Shown: positions 13,536 through 26,945 of the stretch, one piece after another
How positions within the stretch are numbered: position 1 is the first letter of the stretch
Layout of the letters: every line of letters begins with the position of its first letter
Notes under the pieces: generated by a model
Told to the model about the DNA's origin: nothing
The model's database searches: none
The model's input: the letters and a program-made list of their open reading frames with translations, nothing else
Origin: Nageia nagi
Lineage: Eukaryota; Plantae; Pinophyta
DNA length: 64,000 nucleotides
Assembly (NCBI GenBank): GCA_050084985.1
Contig: JBITNC010000001.1
Span: 114,762,001 to 114,826,000, forward strand
Direction of reading: 5' to 3'
Program-made: the position numbers and the translations under genes

Positions 13536-15515
13536 AAAAATGCTGATGTTCGATATGGAGATCTTGAGACGTGCATACTACCAATGGATAGATCATGTGA
13601 AGAACGAGTTTATCGAGAACGATGTGATGTGAGTGTTTAACAGCCCCAAACCAACTGCTAGTTTTACTCAGATCCGTGTGAGCCTATTTTTTCTACCTTG
13701 ACATCGAACTGCTCCATGCAGAGCTCGTGGCCGGATCTGTCCTCATTACTTTTTGATCTGTCTGGATGCCTTGACTTGCTTGTTTGCTTATAGCTCTGGG
13801 CGTTTATCATTTCTATGATCGTTTGGTGTGCTTGGTAGTATTCATCTGTAGTCCTTGCAGCATTTACATCCTGACGTTTCTGTTATTTCGTGTGGTGATT
13901 TTGTGGGGGTGCATTCTGATATGTGATTCCGTGGTGATTGTTTTTTTATGGGCCCCACTGCTGACTCATCCCACTCAATTGAATGAATGTTCTCCCTGTT
14001 GATTGGAGTGTTACGTGTCATTTTTTTGGTATTTATTTTTGTCAGTTTTCCACTCTGATGGTTTTTTGGCCATAACCGGAACATCCAATGTCCAAATGAT
14101 ATTTTATCAGCAGATGTGCTTTCTTCATTCCATTCTGATCGTTTTGAGTAGTTGCATGATCCATTTTGCCTTTCCCATCAACCAGAATGATAAATTCTAA
14201 GTTCTACATTTAAAATTTAATTAAATTCACAGTTTTAATTTAATTAAATTTTTTTAAAGATTTAGGGTATAAAAATTTAAATTTTTATCTCAATTCAAAT
14301 TAATTTCATATCTTTTGTAAATAGACTCCATTTTGAGTGCAGTGATTTTTTTTTTATTGTGGAGCAGACTTCAGGTATGTTTTGGTGAATTTGGTTGTAA
14401 GCTTGATTTATAAAAGCATTTTTCAAGGGGGGCTCTATTTCCAACTTTATTTTGACAAGTTCCTTGGAGACACATCCTGAGGTTCGAACATTATGGTAAT
14501 CTTGAACTTTTGTTCAACATCACTTTGGTTGATGTTTAGTATTTGCATTTTCGCTCCACATGCTCCCATCGAATTTTTGAAAGTTGTAGTTAGTGGGCTA
14601 GTTCTCTATTAAATTTATGATCATCAACATTCCTTATGGGGGCATATCTAGTTTTTGAGATAGCATTTTTATGGGAGAGTCACTTCATCTTTTTGGGATG
14701 TTCCAATTGTTAGGAGGCCTTCTATTTATGGACTAGTTTGTATCTAGGTTAGCTATGTGTTTTTGCATCTACATCGTATTTTTTTGGTAGTCTTTTACTG
14801 CATCATGGGATGCCTTCACAAGTCTCATAGCCCAACTCATGATTTCTACCCTTGTCCTTAAGGTAACTTATTTAATTCCTTTGTGGATCTTATGGTGTTC
14901 TTCCCATTAACTTATCTTGTGACTTACCATTTCTCCTCATCAACATTAAGGGGGGATTGCCAACTGCTAATACTTCCTTTAATCTTGCTACACTCACAAA
15001 TCTCTTGGCAGAATTGGGTTTCCGTCTCCTTTAGGTTTTACTGAGGCTCCTTAAGAACCCTCATCAAGTTGTGTGAAAGCATATTTGGAAGCAACCTAAT
15101 TTTTATAGATCTCAACATACAGGCTCCAATATTGGCTCTCTAATGACGTGTGTTTTCTTCTTTGCATATGGGCTTCTAGCTTGACTCTCTAATGACATGT
15201 GCATGAGAAATCTTCTATTTTTTTGCTTGTGGTCTACCGACTACATTGCTGATATACTTTTGATACTGGAGTTTATGCCCTATATTCAGGTTAAGGGACT
15301 CTCTTTGTTGGTGTTGATAGAGTAGTGTTGTTTGGCTCACTCCTTTATATTGGTAGCTCTTTGATCCTAGTTTCTTTGGAGGTTCTTCAACTTTTGGCTT
15401 ATAGTTGTTTGTTGGCATGAGTCTTTTCATATCACTATACCTCCTAGTATCACTTACGAGGAGGTATTAGAGTTACTTAAGTTCTACTAGGATATTAATT
15501 CTTTTTCTACTAGGA
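13536..15515 (+). mobile_element. Non-coding Copia-derivative internal region (LARD-like) with PPT and truncated 3' LTR start
   Basis: 15440-15500 (cctcctagtatcacttacgaggaggtattagag) matches the reverse complement of the PPT/LTR junction at about 12085-12120; internal ttaagggggg motif near 14947; no coding domains. Confidence 0.55.
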
Positions 15516-16850
15516 AATGAGTCCCGTAGTGCAGAGAGATGGGGAGACAGTGGCAACGAGGAACACACCAGGCTGCGGTCCGTCAACGGTGATCATAGTG
15601 ACATGAATGCGATACGGTGGAGCAATGGAGGCAGGCTGGTGGATTGGTGGTTTTGGTGGGGGTGAGAGAGGTGGGGCACCAAACACCCATAGAGTGAGTG
15701 CAGCAGAGGGGGCACGAGCACCACTCAAGGCTGTGCATAGTCAGAAGCCGCAGAGTCCATCCGGCTTGGAGGAGGGGGCTCGCATCGATATCACATCGGG
15801 AGGGTGTCGGGTTGACTGTGCTGGCAGCACAGTGCAGGGGTTGGCATCGAGTGGCCCAAAGGTAGAGCGGCAAAAAAATATGTAAATATACAGAACATAT
15901 TACAAATAGAATAATAAAGTCCTTTTTTCATAAATTTCTTTTACATAATGTATTCTATTTTTTTTAATCTTTTTGTATAAGAATACAAAAAAAAAATTAT
16001 AATAATTTGCAAAAGAAAATTATACAAAATGGAAAAAATTACACATAATGATTCCATAACAATAACATATTATTAGTTTTAAGCAAATTTGCTAAAAAAA
16101 TACATAACAAAATATATGTTATTACATCTTAATCATTTTGTTAAAAAAAGTGGAACTAACACATAGTGAACAAAAATGTTAGTATCATAAAAGAACAAAA
16201 TGAAAGGAGAGAGAGATTATACCTTGAATGGTTTTACCTCACAAATAAGGAGTAGCATAAACCTCTAAGGATGGCTCTAGGTGCCAATTGAGAGGAGAAA
16301 AGGCTTCTTCACCAAGATCACCTTGAATGGATAACCCTACAACTAAGAATACTCACATTCATCCACAAGTGACACAAGCAAATATATTGGTTCCTCTCAA
16401 GGTGAGAGTACTCCACTTTGAATCTAGAACTCTATTACTTCACAACAACTACAAAACTCTCTCACAACCTATCCTCCAACAAACTATGAGAATAACTTTG
16501 CCTCATACAAGTGTTATGAATCCATGAGAGGAGTCTTCTATTTTTAGCACAAAAATCCCTCATGAGCTCACCCTTTTATCCAAGGGGTAATACCAAAATC
16601 CAATGGACAAGTATGCCCATTTTTAACCAAGGGACAAACTTCTCCTACAAGTGGATGAGGGGTACAACAAGTTGAAATTATTTAATTTTCTAAAGACTTA
16701 AAAGTATTTAGAGGGGTACAACAAGTTGCACTTATTTAATTTTCTAAATACTAAAAAGCATTTAGATATGTTTTTAAGTATTTAGGTAAATTAATCTAAA
16801 TGAATTAAATTACAATTTAAATACTTACTAATGCATTACAAATTCTAACA
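15516..16850 (-). mobile_element. 5' end of a second copy of the long-leader Copia family (LTR 16289-16850, degenerate PBS 16274-16286, GC-rich leader)
   Basis: LTR and adjacent leader homologous to about 3270-4080 (ttctattt.tag..aaaatccctc...tcacccttta; gaactaaca; ttttacctc); TG..ctaaca termini; internal 54-bp duplication at 16657-16766. Confidence 0.75.
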
Positions 16851-18330
16851 ATGTTGGCCCAAAGAAAGTCTCTAAGAAAATTTTCAAGCTTTTTGTAATA
16901 AAACTTTTAGGGCACTTAACAAGAGGAGTAATAAACATGTTTTAAGGATAAAACCTTTAAGCAAATTTGAAACTTGCTAACAACCAAGAGCTTTTTGGTA
17001 ACCCAATAAGATAATTTTTCTCAACTCTCTGAATGACATAGTCCTATAACTAGGAGGGAGTGCTTTGAAAAGAAATTAGAATGTCCAAAAATTTAAACAT
17101 ATTTCCTAGTTGAATCCACTTCCATTGGTATCGATCAAGCCAATATGACATCTCTTGGGAGACTACATGTAGCATTATTTCTCCACTAAATACTTGAACA
17201 TGAAGCCTTGCAAAAGGTGTTTAAATAAGAAAGGACTTGAGAAATTGATTGAATATCCTCCTTAAGAGTAAGGAACAACTCATCAATAAAGTGACTATTA
17301 ATCAATTTACCATGGTAAATTGGAAAGGATATTCCAAAGACTAACCCTTGAGAAGCTTTGTTAGCCAAAAAATAGTCGAAAGCTTCAACAACTAGCACAT
17401 ACAAAGAAGGGAAAAGCAAGCAACCCTACCTTATGGACTTAAAAAGGATAATATTTTTTAGTTTGAATGTCATCTAAGGTTAAAGAGAATCTACACCAAA
17501 CTTAAAAAACCAAGCCCTTTGAGCATTGAGTAGTGCTAAGATGAAGTTTTATTCAATTTTGTCATAAAATTTCTCAAATTCAAATTTTGTGATCATTTCC
17601 TCTTGCTAAGAAGATCTAACCCATTCCATATCTCCCAATACCAAAATGATATTATCGATAATATATTTGTTATGAATGAAACTTATTTGATCTAGTTTGG
17701 TAATCAACGTGAGCAAGGGCCTAAGTCACAAAACAAAGGCATTTGAAATAATTTTATAGCACACATTGAGCAGGATGATGAGATGACAGCTAGTGATAAA
17801 CTCAAGATCCCTAAGGTTAGGAATGAATTTTAATATTAACTTTCTTAATCAAAGAGCCTAATGAACATGAGGATAGGGCCTCTTAGCATACATAGAGGAG
17901 ATCAAGGCTAACCATATCATAGAGCTTCATGTGAAAATCACAAGGAAAGCCATCTAAGTTGGGGTCCTTTTCCTTAGCCATACAAGAGAGGGATTTCACC
18001 AAACCTTCAAGAGAAAGAGGGTGCTCACAGGCCTCCATTTGATAAGCCAAATTTTTTTTGGAACCACTCTAAAATACTTTACAAGGGTAGCTCATATATC
18101 TGGAGATAATTCTTATGCAATAAAGACATGATGATATTGTTTAATAAACATTTTAGCAATATCTAGATGCTTTATAAGTATCAAGCTTGAATCTACAATG
18201 GATTTCAATTGAGAATTTTACTATGGGGGTTTGAGATGTTGGAATAATTCTTTAGAGACTCTATCTTTGACTTTGAGCTAATGGAGCTTGGCCTAGATTG
18301 AGCATCTTTGGCTTTGTATAATTGAAAATA
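16851..18330 (-). mobile_element. L1-type LINE ORF2 (RT) remnant
   Basis: IILLNVCYKIISNA, DQISFIHNKYIIDNII, DMEWVRSS*Q, FEKFYDKIE, SIR*GCLLFPSLYVLVVEAF, HFIDE. Confidence 0.85.
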
Positions 18331-20639
18331 TTTGAAAGAGTGATGTTATTTTATATGCTAATTTTACTTCTTTTCTTTATCATTGAGATTAGAAATCATT
18401 TTAAGTATTATTTTTTAGCTTTTTAGATTATTATTTTTTATTTTAAGAATTATAAATTATTTATGAAAATAGATTGTATTTGATTGTTCACTTTATAGAT
18501 TCAATTATATATTTTCTTGTTTGGAATTTATAGTTGTAAATTTGTCATAATATTTTTAGAAAATAGTTTATTGGTCTTATCTTATTTGATTTTGAATTTT
18601 AAAAAGAATAAACACTTGGTTATTTTGGTGTGTTAAAATATTTCAAACAACATTGGTTATTATATTTTTCAAAATATATCAAAATATTTTTACATAAGCT
18701 TAGCACTTTTCTTGAATATCTAATTGAATAAGAACATAAATTATATGATTTAATATTGATAAAACTTTAAATTATTATTTTTGATTTAATACTACATGGC
18801 AACATTTATCCATCCTAGGTATTAGGAATTTATTTTGTTCTTGGTGGAATTTGATTGTTATCAAGGTGACTATTCATTAGGTTCCTCTTTTGCAAATGCT
18901 TTTTTGTCTCAAAGATTGTCATAATAACCACCATAGTTTTCAAGTGTGAATAGTTTATATTTGTAATGAAAACTCTTCTTAGTATATATACTTCATTAGC
19001 ATGTTTTTTTTAATCATTCAGTATCTAATAAAGCTTTATCATTATCTATCATTATTTGTTTTACTTTTTGGTAATTGGTAAAAAATTGGATTTTTGAGTA
19101 AGGTCCCAAAATATGTCTACAAAGGATTATATCATTGTTAATAGTAATTATTCATCAATGATGCAAAATTGAATCAATATGTATTAACTCTTCTATCGAC
19201 TATAACATACAAGTCAACTATTACAAGTTAGACTGAAGATTTCAAGCTCACAACAAATAATTTTGCCAATGTTGATTTGACTACAAAAATTGAACCAATT
19301 GTTGTTGAATCAATTATCTATCATTCTTTATTAGTTATAGTTTATTTTATTAATTAGTTAGGCCTTTTTGCATAGTTAATTTTCATATAATATATATAAG
19401 TGTAGTTAACACTCTTTATAACTCTTTTATGATTGGAATTTATACTACTTGTACCTCTCAAAAGAAGTGCAAACTAAGATGGATTTTATTTTAATATTAT
19501 TAAAATAAATATAAATAGGATTAAATATGATAACCTTATAATATAAATGATGATTTGAACTAAATCAACAACATTATAGAAAGAGGATGGGTAGAGAGGA
19601 TTATGGAGCAAATACGGTATTCAATGGAGCCTTCAAAGAACTACTGCACAAATATATTACTAGGTATTTACAATACCTAAAGGTTGTAGCCTTAAAAACC
19701 TCTTCAACCTCACATAAAATCCAAAAAACTAGTTACCTAGTAAAATGAATCTCTAGAGATTCTTGTAACGAGGTTGGCAATCATGAAAAAGGAGGTCTTA
19801 AGGGAGGATGCAATAATATAAAGCCTAGAGTTTTAGTTTACAAGGTAAATGGATTAGTGGTTTAGTACGACTCATAAGTGGGGGTAACCTTTTTCTTCTT
19901 AGATAAAGCCATAACCTCAAGGCTGGTGGCCATGATAATTGAGGTGATCTTATTGGAGTTGGTGATCCTTATGCATAGGTTAAAGATACAAGAGATAGGT
20001 GGAGTGGGGGAGTGCATTTATGGTGTTTACCTACTCGTTAACTTATACATAAGGGGTTTTAAAAAAAATCATAGAGAGGAACCCATATGACCTTAAGGGA
20101 TCTTTTTGGGATGAAAATTAAGAAGATAATTTTAAAATATTATGACCCAACATTTTGCTTGGGATTTCTAAAAGAATCTATATACACCATAATTCCTAAA
20201 CACAAAATGAGGGTTTCTTAAATCTTTCTTCTCCTTTTATAGTTTTTAAATATATGATATTACAATCTCATTATCTAGAGTTAGCTTTTAAACTATTTAT
20301 AAGGATATATTGTTGGAGTCATGACACTTCCACTACTTCAAATAATACCAGCTTTGTGGTAACTTAACTATATGTTCCTCAAGGAGATGTGTAAGGGTTT
20401 GGTGTGTAAAGGATATCTTAACATACTTGAGAGAAATTTCATGGTTTTATTATTTTAACTAATGATTCCTTGGTATAGATTATATGAGTACATATATCCC
20501 CTTTCCTTGGCTTGTTTGATTGTAAACCCTAATTTCAAGGAGTTACCCTAATTACCTTTTAGTGAAGTGATACTATCAAATTCATGATTTGGAATATTTG
20601 AAATAATTCCATTGATGTTTTGGAAGACTTTAAGGGATG

Positions 20640-22375
20640 GAGAATGGGTCAATAATGAGGCCAACAAGCCGTCAAATGATGGAGGAGTGAAAATTTATAT
20701 CATAAATACATGGTTTTTGGACATAGGTGCATCTTTCCATATGTCTACTCATAAAGATTATTTTATTAATTATCAACCTTATTATGGTGGTATGGTTTAC
20801 TTGGGTGATGATCATCCTTGTGAAATTATGGGAAAAGGTAACATAAGGATCAAGTTGAATGATGGTAGAGAAAGGATGTTGTGTGATGTAAGATATGTGC
20901 CTACTTTGCAAAAGATTTCTTTCCATAAAGATGATGGATAAGCTCAAGTATTTTATCATTTTTTGTAATAATTCTTGCACAATTACCAAAGGATCCATAA
21001 TTAAGGAAAAAGAAGAATATTATAGGACCTTGTATTATTTTTGTGCCAATATAATGACAAGCCATGTAGCAACAATGAATTATGGTAATGTTCAAGATGC
21101 ATTGATATTTTCAAGGATTAAGTCTTGTAATTTATACTTGTATAAGCATTGTATTCTTTGTAAATAAAAGAGGGTTCAATTTATTGCATGCACTAGTAAA
21201 AGTTATATTTTTATTATCTATAGAGATATAATAAAGGGGGATATATTATGGGTTGCTACTGTCTGCAATAAAATTTTTAGTCAAGATGTTATTATTAATG
21301 CAAAATACATGAAAAGGAAGGAGAAACAACAAATAACTAAGGTTGTTCTTGTTAAATTTGATGTAAACAAGGATGAAAGTGAACATAAAGATTGCTTGGA
21401 AGAAAAAGGTTATGTGCAAAAGTCAAGTATAGACTTTAATAAAATATTTTCACTAAACCAATTATCCCAAGGCTCATCTAGCTAGGACATTTAATATGAA
21501 GGATTTTGGAGAAACAAACTTAATGTTGAGGATCAGGGTATAGAATTAAATAATAGGAAGGATGGTTTGGTTAAGTTAGAAGTCATATAGAGAAAATATT
21601 TTGCAACACTTAAATTTGTAGAATGCAAAATCAATTGCTACCTCACCTCCTCCATCCATCAATTTCTATGCTGAAAAGTCCTAGTATAAAAAAGAAAAAC
21701 TAAGGATGTCTTGTATATCAAACTCGTTGATAGTAGAGAGCCCCAAATTTGTCAAGGTGAGAACTAAACTATACATTGCCAATGCAGTGGAAGTTGTTAG
21801 ACAATTCATGGTGAATCTTGATAGAGAGTATTGGACTACAATGGAGTGGGTATTCAAATACTTATGAGGTAGTTTGGATATTGTTATTTAATATGAAGAT
21901 AAGTTTGATTCATGTGTAATTTTGTTGGGATTATTGAAGAATTAATAAAGGCAACATTGGGAAAATAGAAGTTTGTATGGGAGAGATATGCAAATAATTC
22001 TTGTTTATAGAATTCAAGTGGGATAATGTTTGGGAGGTGTAACTATTATTTTTATCATGTTTTATCAATACCATGTAATTATTATTTTTATCATGTTTTA
22101 TTAATAGCATGCAACTATTATTTAGTGTGACTATTATAAAAAAAGTTTATTTTTAAGAAACTATTTTTAGACTCACAATTGTTTTGTAATCTTCCTAATT
22201 TTTATGAAAGGGGAATGCCCCTTAGCTTTGGTATAGTGAAAAAAATTTAGGTTATTAAAAGATTTGAATTTTGATTACCCCATGTTTTTTTCCTTGCACG
22301 TTGCAAGATTTTCCATGTAAATATCTATTCTATTTTCTTCCTATTATATTACAATGTGATTATTATTTTCTAACA
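20640..22375 (+). mobile_element. Internally deleted Ty1/Copia (Tnt1/Tork-like): protease, pre-integrase and RT fragments, PPT about 22014-22026, 3' LTR 22027-22375
   Basis: WFLDIGASFHM...VYLGDDHPCEIMGKGNIRIKL...DVRYVP; KGYVQKSSIDFNKIFS; AVEVVRQFMVNLDREYWTTMEWVFKYL*GS; LTR TGTT...CTAACA. Confidence 0.85.
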
Positions 22376-23545
22376 TGGATCATTATATCTCAACCCTCGA
22401 ATAGCTCCTAAAATATGTGAGGGAATATTATTTATTAGAATGGAGTAAGACAAAGTGGATATGTAACTCATGATCCACTCGATCCATTCTTGAGAAAATC
22501 CAAGTATTTATATCTTTACTAATATCCACTTCACCCTATCATATACCTTTAATATGTCTAATTTAATGAACATCCCTACGTTGCATAAGTGTTGCATTAT
22601 ATGGATCATCTCTTGGGCTAGGATCAATCCATTAAAAATTTTCTTCCCCTCCATAAATACCACTTGTTTTGCACAAATAATATTTTCCAAGAGGGGCTTT
22701 AGTATTTCAACCGTCACATTAATAAGTATATTCTAAATAACATTACACAAGATAATTGACCTAATATTTGAAATGATGATTACTTCCTCATCTTTTGGAA
22801 TTAGAGTAAGGAAATTTTGATTACCAATTTCAACATTATTTTGCTACTTATGAACCCCTTTATCATTTCAAAAATAAAATAATTGGTAACCAATTCAAGT
22901 TTAGTTCCTTTCCTTAACAAAAGCCTTTTCAAAAAATAAAATATCCAATTTTACCTTCCTAATATATGACTCTTTTCTCTTCTTTCTCTATATGAAGTTG
23001 ATCTTAGGATTTTGAATGTCCATTAAGAGTAGTGCATGTTATTGGATAATCACAAACTTGTTACTTGGATCCAAAATTATGTTTCTCTTTGATCCTAGCC
23101 TTTTATTTTAATGTTAAAATCCCTTGTTGTAAGTGAATCTATGACTTCCCTCAAAAATCTTATTTTGTGTACCACTTTTCACCAAAGGGTTTGACTAGAT
23201 AATTCTTGAGCTTCATAGAATTTTATGATTAAAACATCCTCACTTGTCATGTTCTTACAAAAATATAGGAATTAAGAACCCCCTTCTATGATATATTTGA
23301 TTATTGTTCACTCATAAGAGTTTTATAGAGTGATAATTGCCCTAAATATCCTTGTGTAACCATTACCATATGACCAGATACTTTTAATTTAGGTTCATTA
23401 TTTTTTACATCTACTCTATTAATATCTTTATCTCCTAAAGAAAAAAGAGATCCCCCCTATTCTTCTAATATAGTATTCTAGGAACAACAACCTAATGGAT
23501 TATGATGCCTAAATCCTTATGTTCCATAATTTTATTATCAAGTTA
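22376..23545 (-). pseudogene. LINE ORF2 remnant (endonuclease start WNIR and RT N-terminal half), internally deleted
   Basis: LKPLLENIICAKQVVFMEGKKIFNGLILAQEMIH...FIKLDILKVYDRVKW; tggaacataagg (WNIR) on the minus strand near 23520. Confidence 0.75.
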
Positions 23546-24988
23546 AATGTAATAGAATGTAAGAACATTGTATTGAAAATTCCAAAATAGATTAATGAGT
23601 CAACTATTACAATCTTGAATAAGGATATTTAAAGAACCACAAAATTGGTTATCTAACCAACACCATAAATATAGCAACTACCTATAAAAGTGGTTATCTA
23701 ACTGACACCATAAATATAGAAACTACCTATAAAAGTGGTTATCTAAAGGACACCATAAAGATAACAACTACCTAACTAACAACCATGATGCTAAATAATC
23801 TCAAGATGCTAACTACTCCATGAAACATGTCAAATATTCCTAAAATCCTATGACACCTAGTGACATGTGGAATTTATTCCACTTACAAACTTGGAAATAG
23901 AAAATATAAAGATGCTTTTCTCTCATCTACATGCTAATGACACAAACACATTTGTGACATCTAAATTAATAATATTACAATCACATTAATCCCTAAGGAT
24001 AAGGTTTCCAACATTCATCCCCTTAATTCAAAAGAGATTAATAAAGAACTAAAAACAAAATGATGTGCCTTAAGGTATGTAGAACATTCTTCACCAAATA
24101 AAATATGTAATCTCCTCAAACAAATCCACCTTAAGGATAAATCCCATGTCCCCCCTTAATCTAAAGGGGTAAAAATACTGCAACAAAAGTCTTCTTCACA
24201 AGAGCATCGACAAAAGTGTCTCTATCCAAAAAAGAATAGTAGATGAAGTCCAAGAATAAAGAAGTGCAACCAAGTACCCTCCATAAAACCATGAAGAAAT
24301 GAAATTTATTCAATATAGGTAATTCCAAGGAAGATGAAGGCTCCATAAGTAAAGAACTTGAATGAGTCACCAATAAATCTCTCCTGAATGAAGAGAAACA
24401 AGTTGTGAAGAACAATATTCTCCACCATAAATACCAAAAGATGTGCATAAAGAAACACATACTAAGTCTCCCATACATAGCATGTTCATACAAGATGTGA
24501 TCTACCACATTCACACCATGTAATCTATCTCATGCACTTCATTCAAAGGTCATCAAATTTTTCCTACCAAAGGAGCCGTGAAAAAATGTTACCTCAACAA
24601 CTAAATTTCTCCACATATGAAATCATGAAGAGGTATTTAGGAATCAAAGTTTCTCCACCTATATTTCTTCATGGTTTGTTCCATATATTTCTTCACAAAT
24701 TTGAAATGAAACTATCAACTCTATTACAAGGAAAGAGGTAAATCTACAACTTGGGTTAAGATGTCATTGCTATCCAAACACTAGCCATAAAAATCAATCC
24801 AACATTTACCATAAATATCACATAAAGTAGGAATAACAACAACAATTTCACCTAGAAGAAAAATAATGAAAAATCCATTAAAAAAAATGGATTCAAAATA
24901 AAATGAAGTTTCTTCTTCCTTTCTCTGATACCAATGTAATAATGGATCAAAAATTCTAAAATAGATTAATGAGTCAACTATTATAATC

Positions 24989-25880
24989 TTGAAGAAGCTT
25001 GCAAAGCTTTATAAGCAAAGGTCAGAGTTTGATAAGAGTTTTACAGAAACAAAGGATAAGTTAGATAATGCAAATCAAACTATAGATGATCTTAAAGCTC
25101 AAGCTACGATTATAGATGAACAAAAGATCAAGCAAGTTGAAGTTGAGTTGCAAATTGTCATAGCAGCTAACAAAGTATTATCTAATGATAATTCAAAACT
25201 ATTGCTACTGATAAAAAGGTTTTAAAAATCCTTGGTAGAGCAAGTTAGAGAGAGGATGGTAACCTTGCCACATTTAAATTTGTTAAAAGAGCATACAGTG
25301 CAAGCCATAAAGTAGTTCAACACATAGACCACTCTCCATCGATTGGATCTAGATATACTAAGATTAGTTATTGAGAAGATGGAAAGTTGGCTAAGAGTCT
25401 TGAATCAGAAAGACATATCTACCATTACCCCCAAGCCAAGATAATAATATTTGAGGAGGATCTAGGATATAGGTGTACTCCAAGATTTGGTGTTCAATAT
25501 GAACATTGGTAAACACTAGTTCACAACAGAGCTAAGATTTATTAATAAATTCTTAAATTCTTTGATTGAAATGAAAGATCCCAAATTATGGGAAGAACAA
25601 AATGTACAAGGTAGTGCTACCAGTTGGGTAACCAATACCATTCAATTTCTTGAGTAGTATTTTTTAGAGAAGCAAATTTTAGATTTACAATAAATAAATG
25701 ACCTTACTCAAGAAGCAAGTACAAGGTTCCTGCATGCTACAAGGCTAGAGAATGTTCTGGCAAGTTTCAAAGTAGATACTATAAAGATTCAAGCATCCCT
25801 TGTTTTGTCACAAGTTGACTATCAAGACCTTAAATAGTTGAATAAAAATATGCACCCCTTCCTCCCAACAAAGCTAATTC
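24989..25880 (+). pseudogene. Decayed coiled-coil accessory ORF of an inserted, probably Gypsy-derived, fragment
   Basis: The frame of ORF 24989-25225 continues for about 300 codons broken mainly by point stops; heptad-like N-terminus; no RT/INT motifs. Confidence 0.45.
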
Positions 25881-26460
25881 TTGCACTTGAGACCCTTACC
25901 AAATCCACATTTGAATAGGCTACTAGAAGCAGTAAGTAGTGGGTCCTATTCTCTAACAAGCAAAGACCCCAAGAGCCTTTAGAAGATTGTATTCTTTTAG
26001 AATTGCACTCTAGGTTGGGATAACATACTATCATTATTTTATTCTTTCATTCTTTAAAAAAATTCTTTCTATTCAAACTCTTTTCCTTTTAAAATTAAAT
26101 TTGAGTCTTCTATTAGCCCTAAGACTAAAGAATTCCAAGTGTTGTTGACATCCAGCTATTGTATGTATAATCTGGCTATTATATAAATGGATTCTTATCT
26201 TTGATATTTTTTCCTTGTAAATTTTTAGTCAAAGATAATCGAGTGTTGTAATAATTCTCAAGAATTTACCTTAAATCATATTAACATTCAAATGGGGTGG
26301 GAACTATACCTATAAAAGGATTATGTATAGGAAGATAAAAGTCTAAGGAAATACTCGAGAGTTGTCGATATAGTATCCAGGAGTTGTAGATATAGTGTTT
26401 GGAAGTTGAAAACATAGTGTCTGGGGTTTTTGGTAAATATAAGTCCAAGTTATGTCCAAA

Positions 26461-26945
26461 TGATGGCGAGTGACAATTCAATAAAATCCTAGATAGAGCC
26501 CATCAATTTTGAATGATGATGTCAAAAATTTTGGCTAAAATCAGCGGGTCCTAGAATAAGTGATGGCAGGTGATGATTTGATAAGATCCCAAATAGAGCC
26601 TACTAATTTTGGATGATGATGTTTGAAATTTTGGCTCAAATAAATGGGTCTCAAAATAAGTTATGGTAGGTGGTGATTCAACAAGATCCCAGATAGAGTT
26701 TGCCAATTTTTAATGATGATGTAAGAACTTTTGGCTCAAATCAGTGGGTCTTGAAACAAGTGATGGCAGGTGATGATTCAATAAGATCTTAGATAGAGTC
26801 CACCAATTTTGAATGATGAGGTCAAGACTTTTGGCTCAAATTAATGGGTCTTGAAACAAGTGATGGCGAGTGATGATTCAACAAGATCCCAAATAGGGCT
26901 TGCCAATTTTGAATGATGATATCAAAAATTTTGACTCAAATCAAC
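26461..26945. repeat. Tandem array, exact 100-bp period, about 5 copies
   Basis: Units starting t(g/t)atgg at 26461, 26561, 26661, 26761 and 26861. Confidence 0.95.

Noticed and set aside
15510-15885. Overlapping Pro/Gly-rich ORFs
   Set aside because: A by-product of high GC content in a Copia leader; no recognisable domain.
18330-20640. AT-rich stretch with LTR-like fragments
   Set aside because: No pairable termini, PBS/PPT or protein motifs could be established.
26461-26945. Regularly spaced repeats resembling a CRISPR array
   Set aside because: The whole 100-bp unit repeats with no unique spacers, there are no cas genes, and the context is eukaryotic TE sequence.
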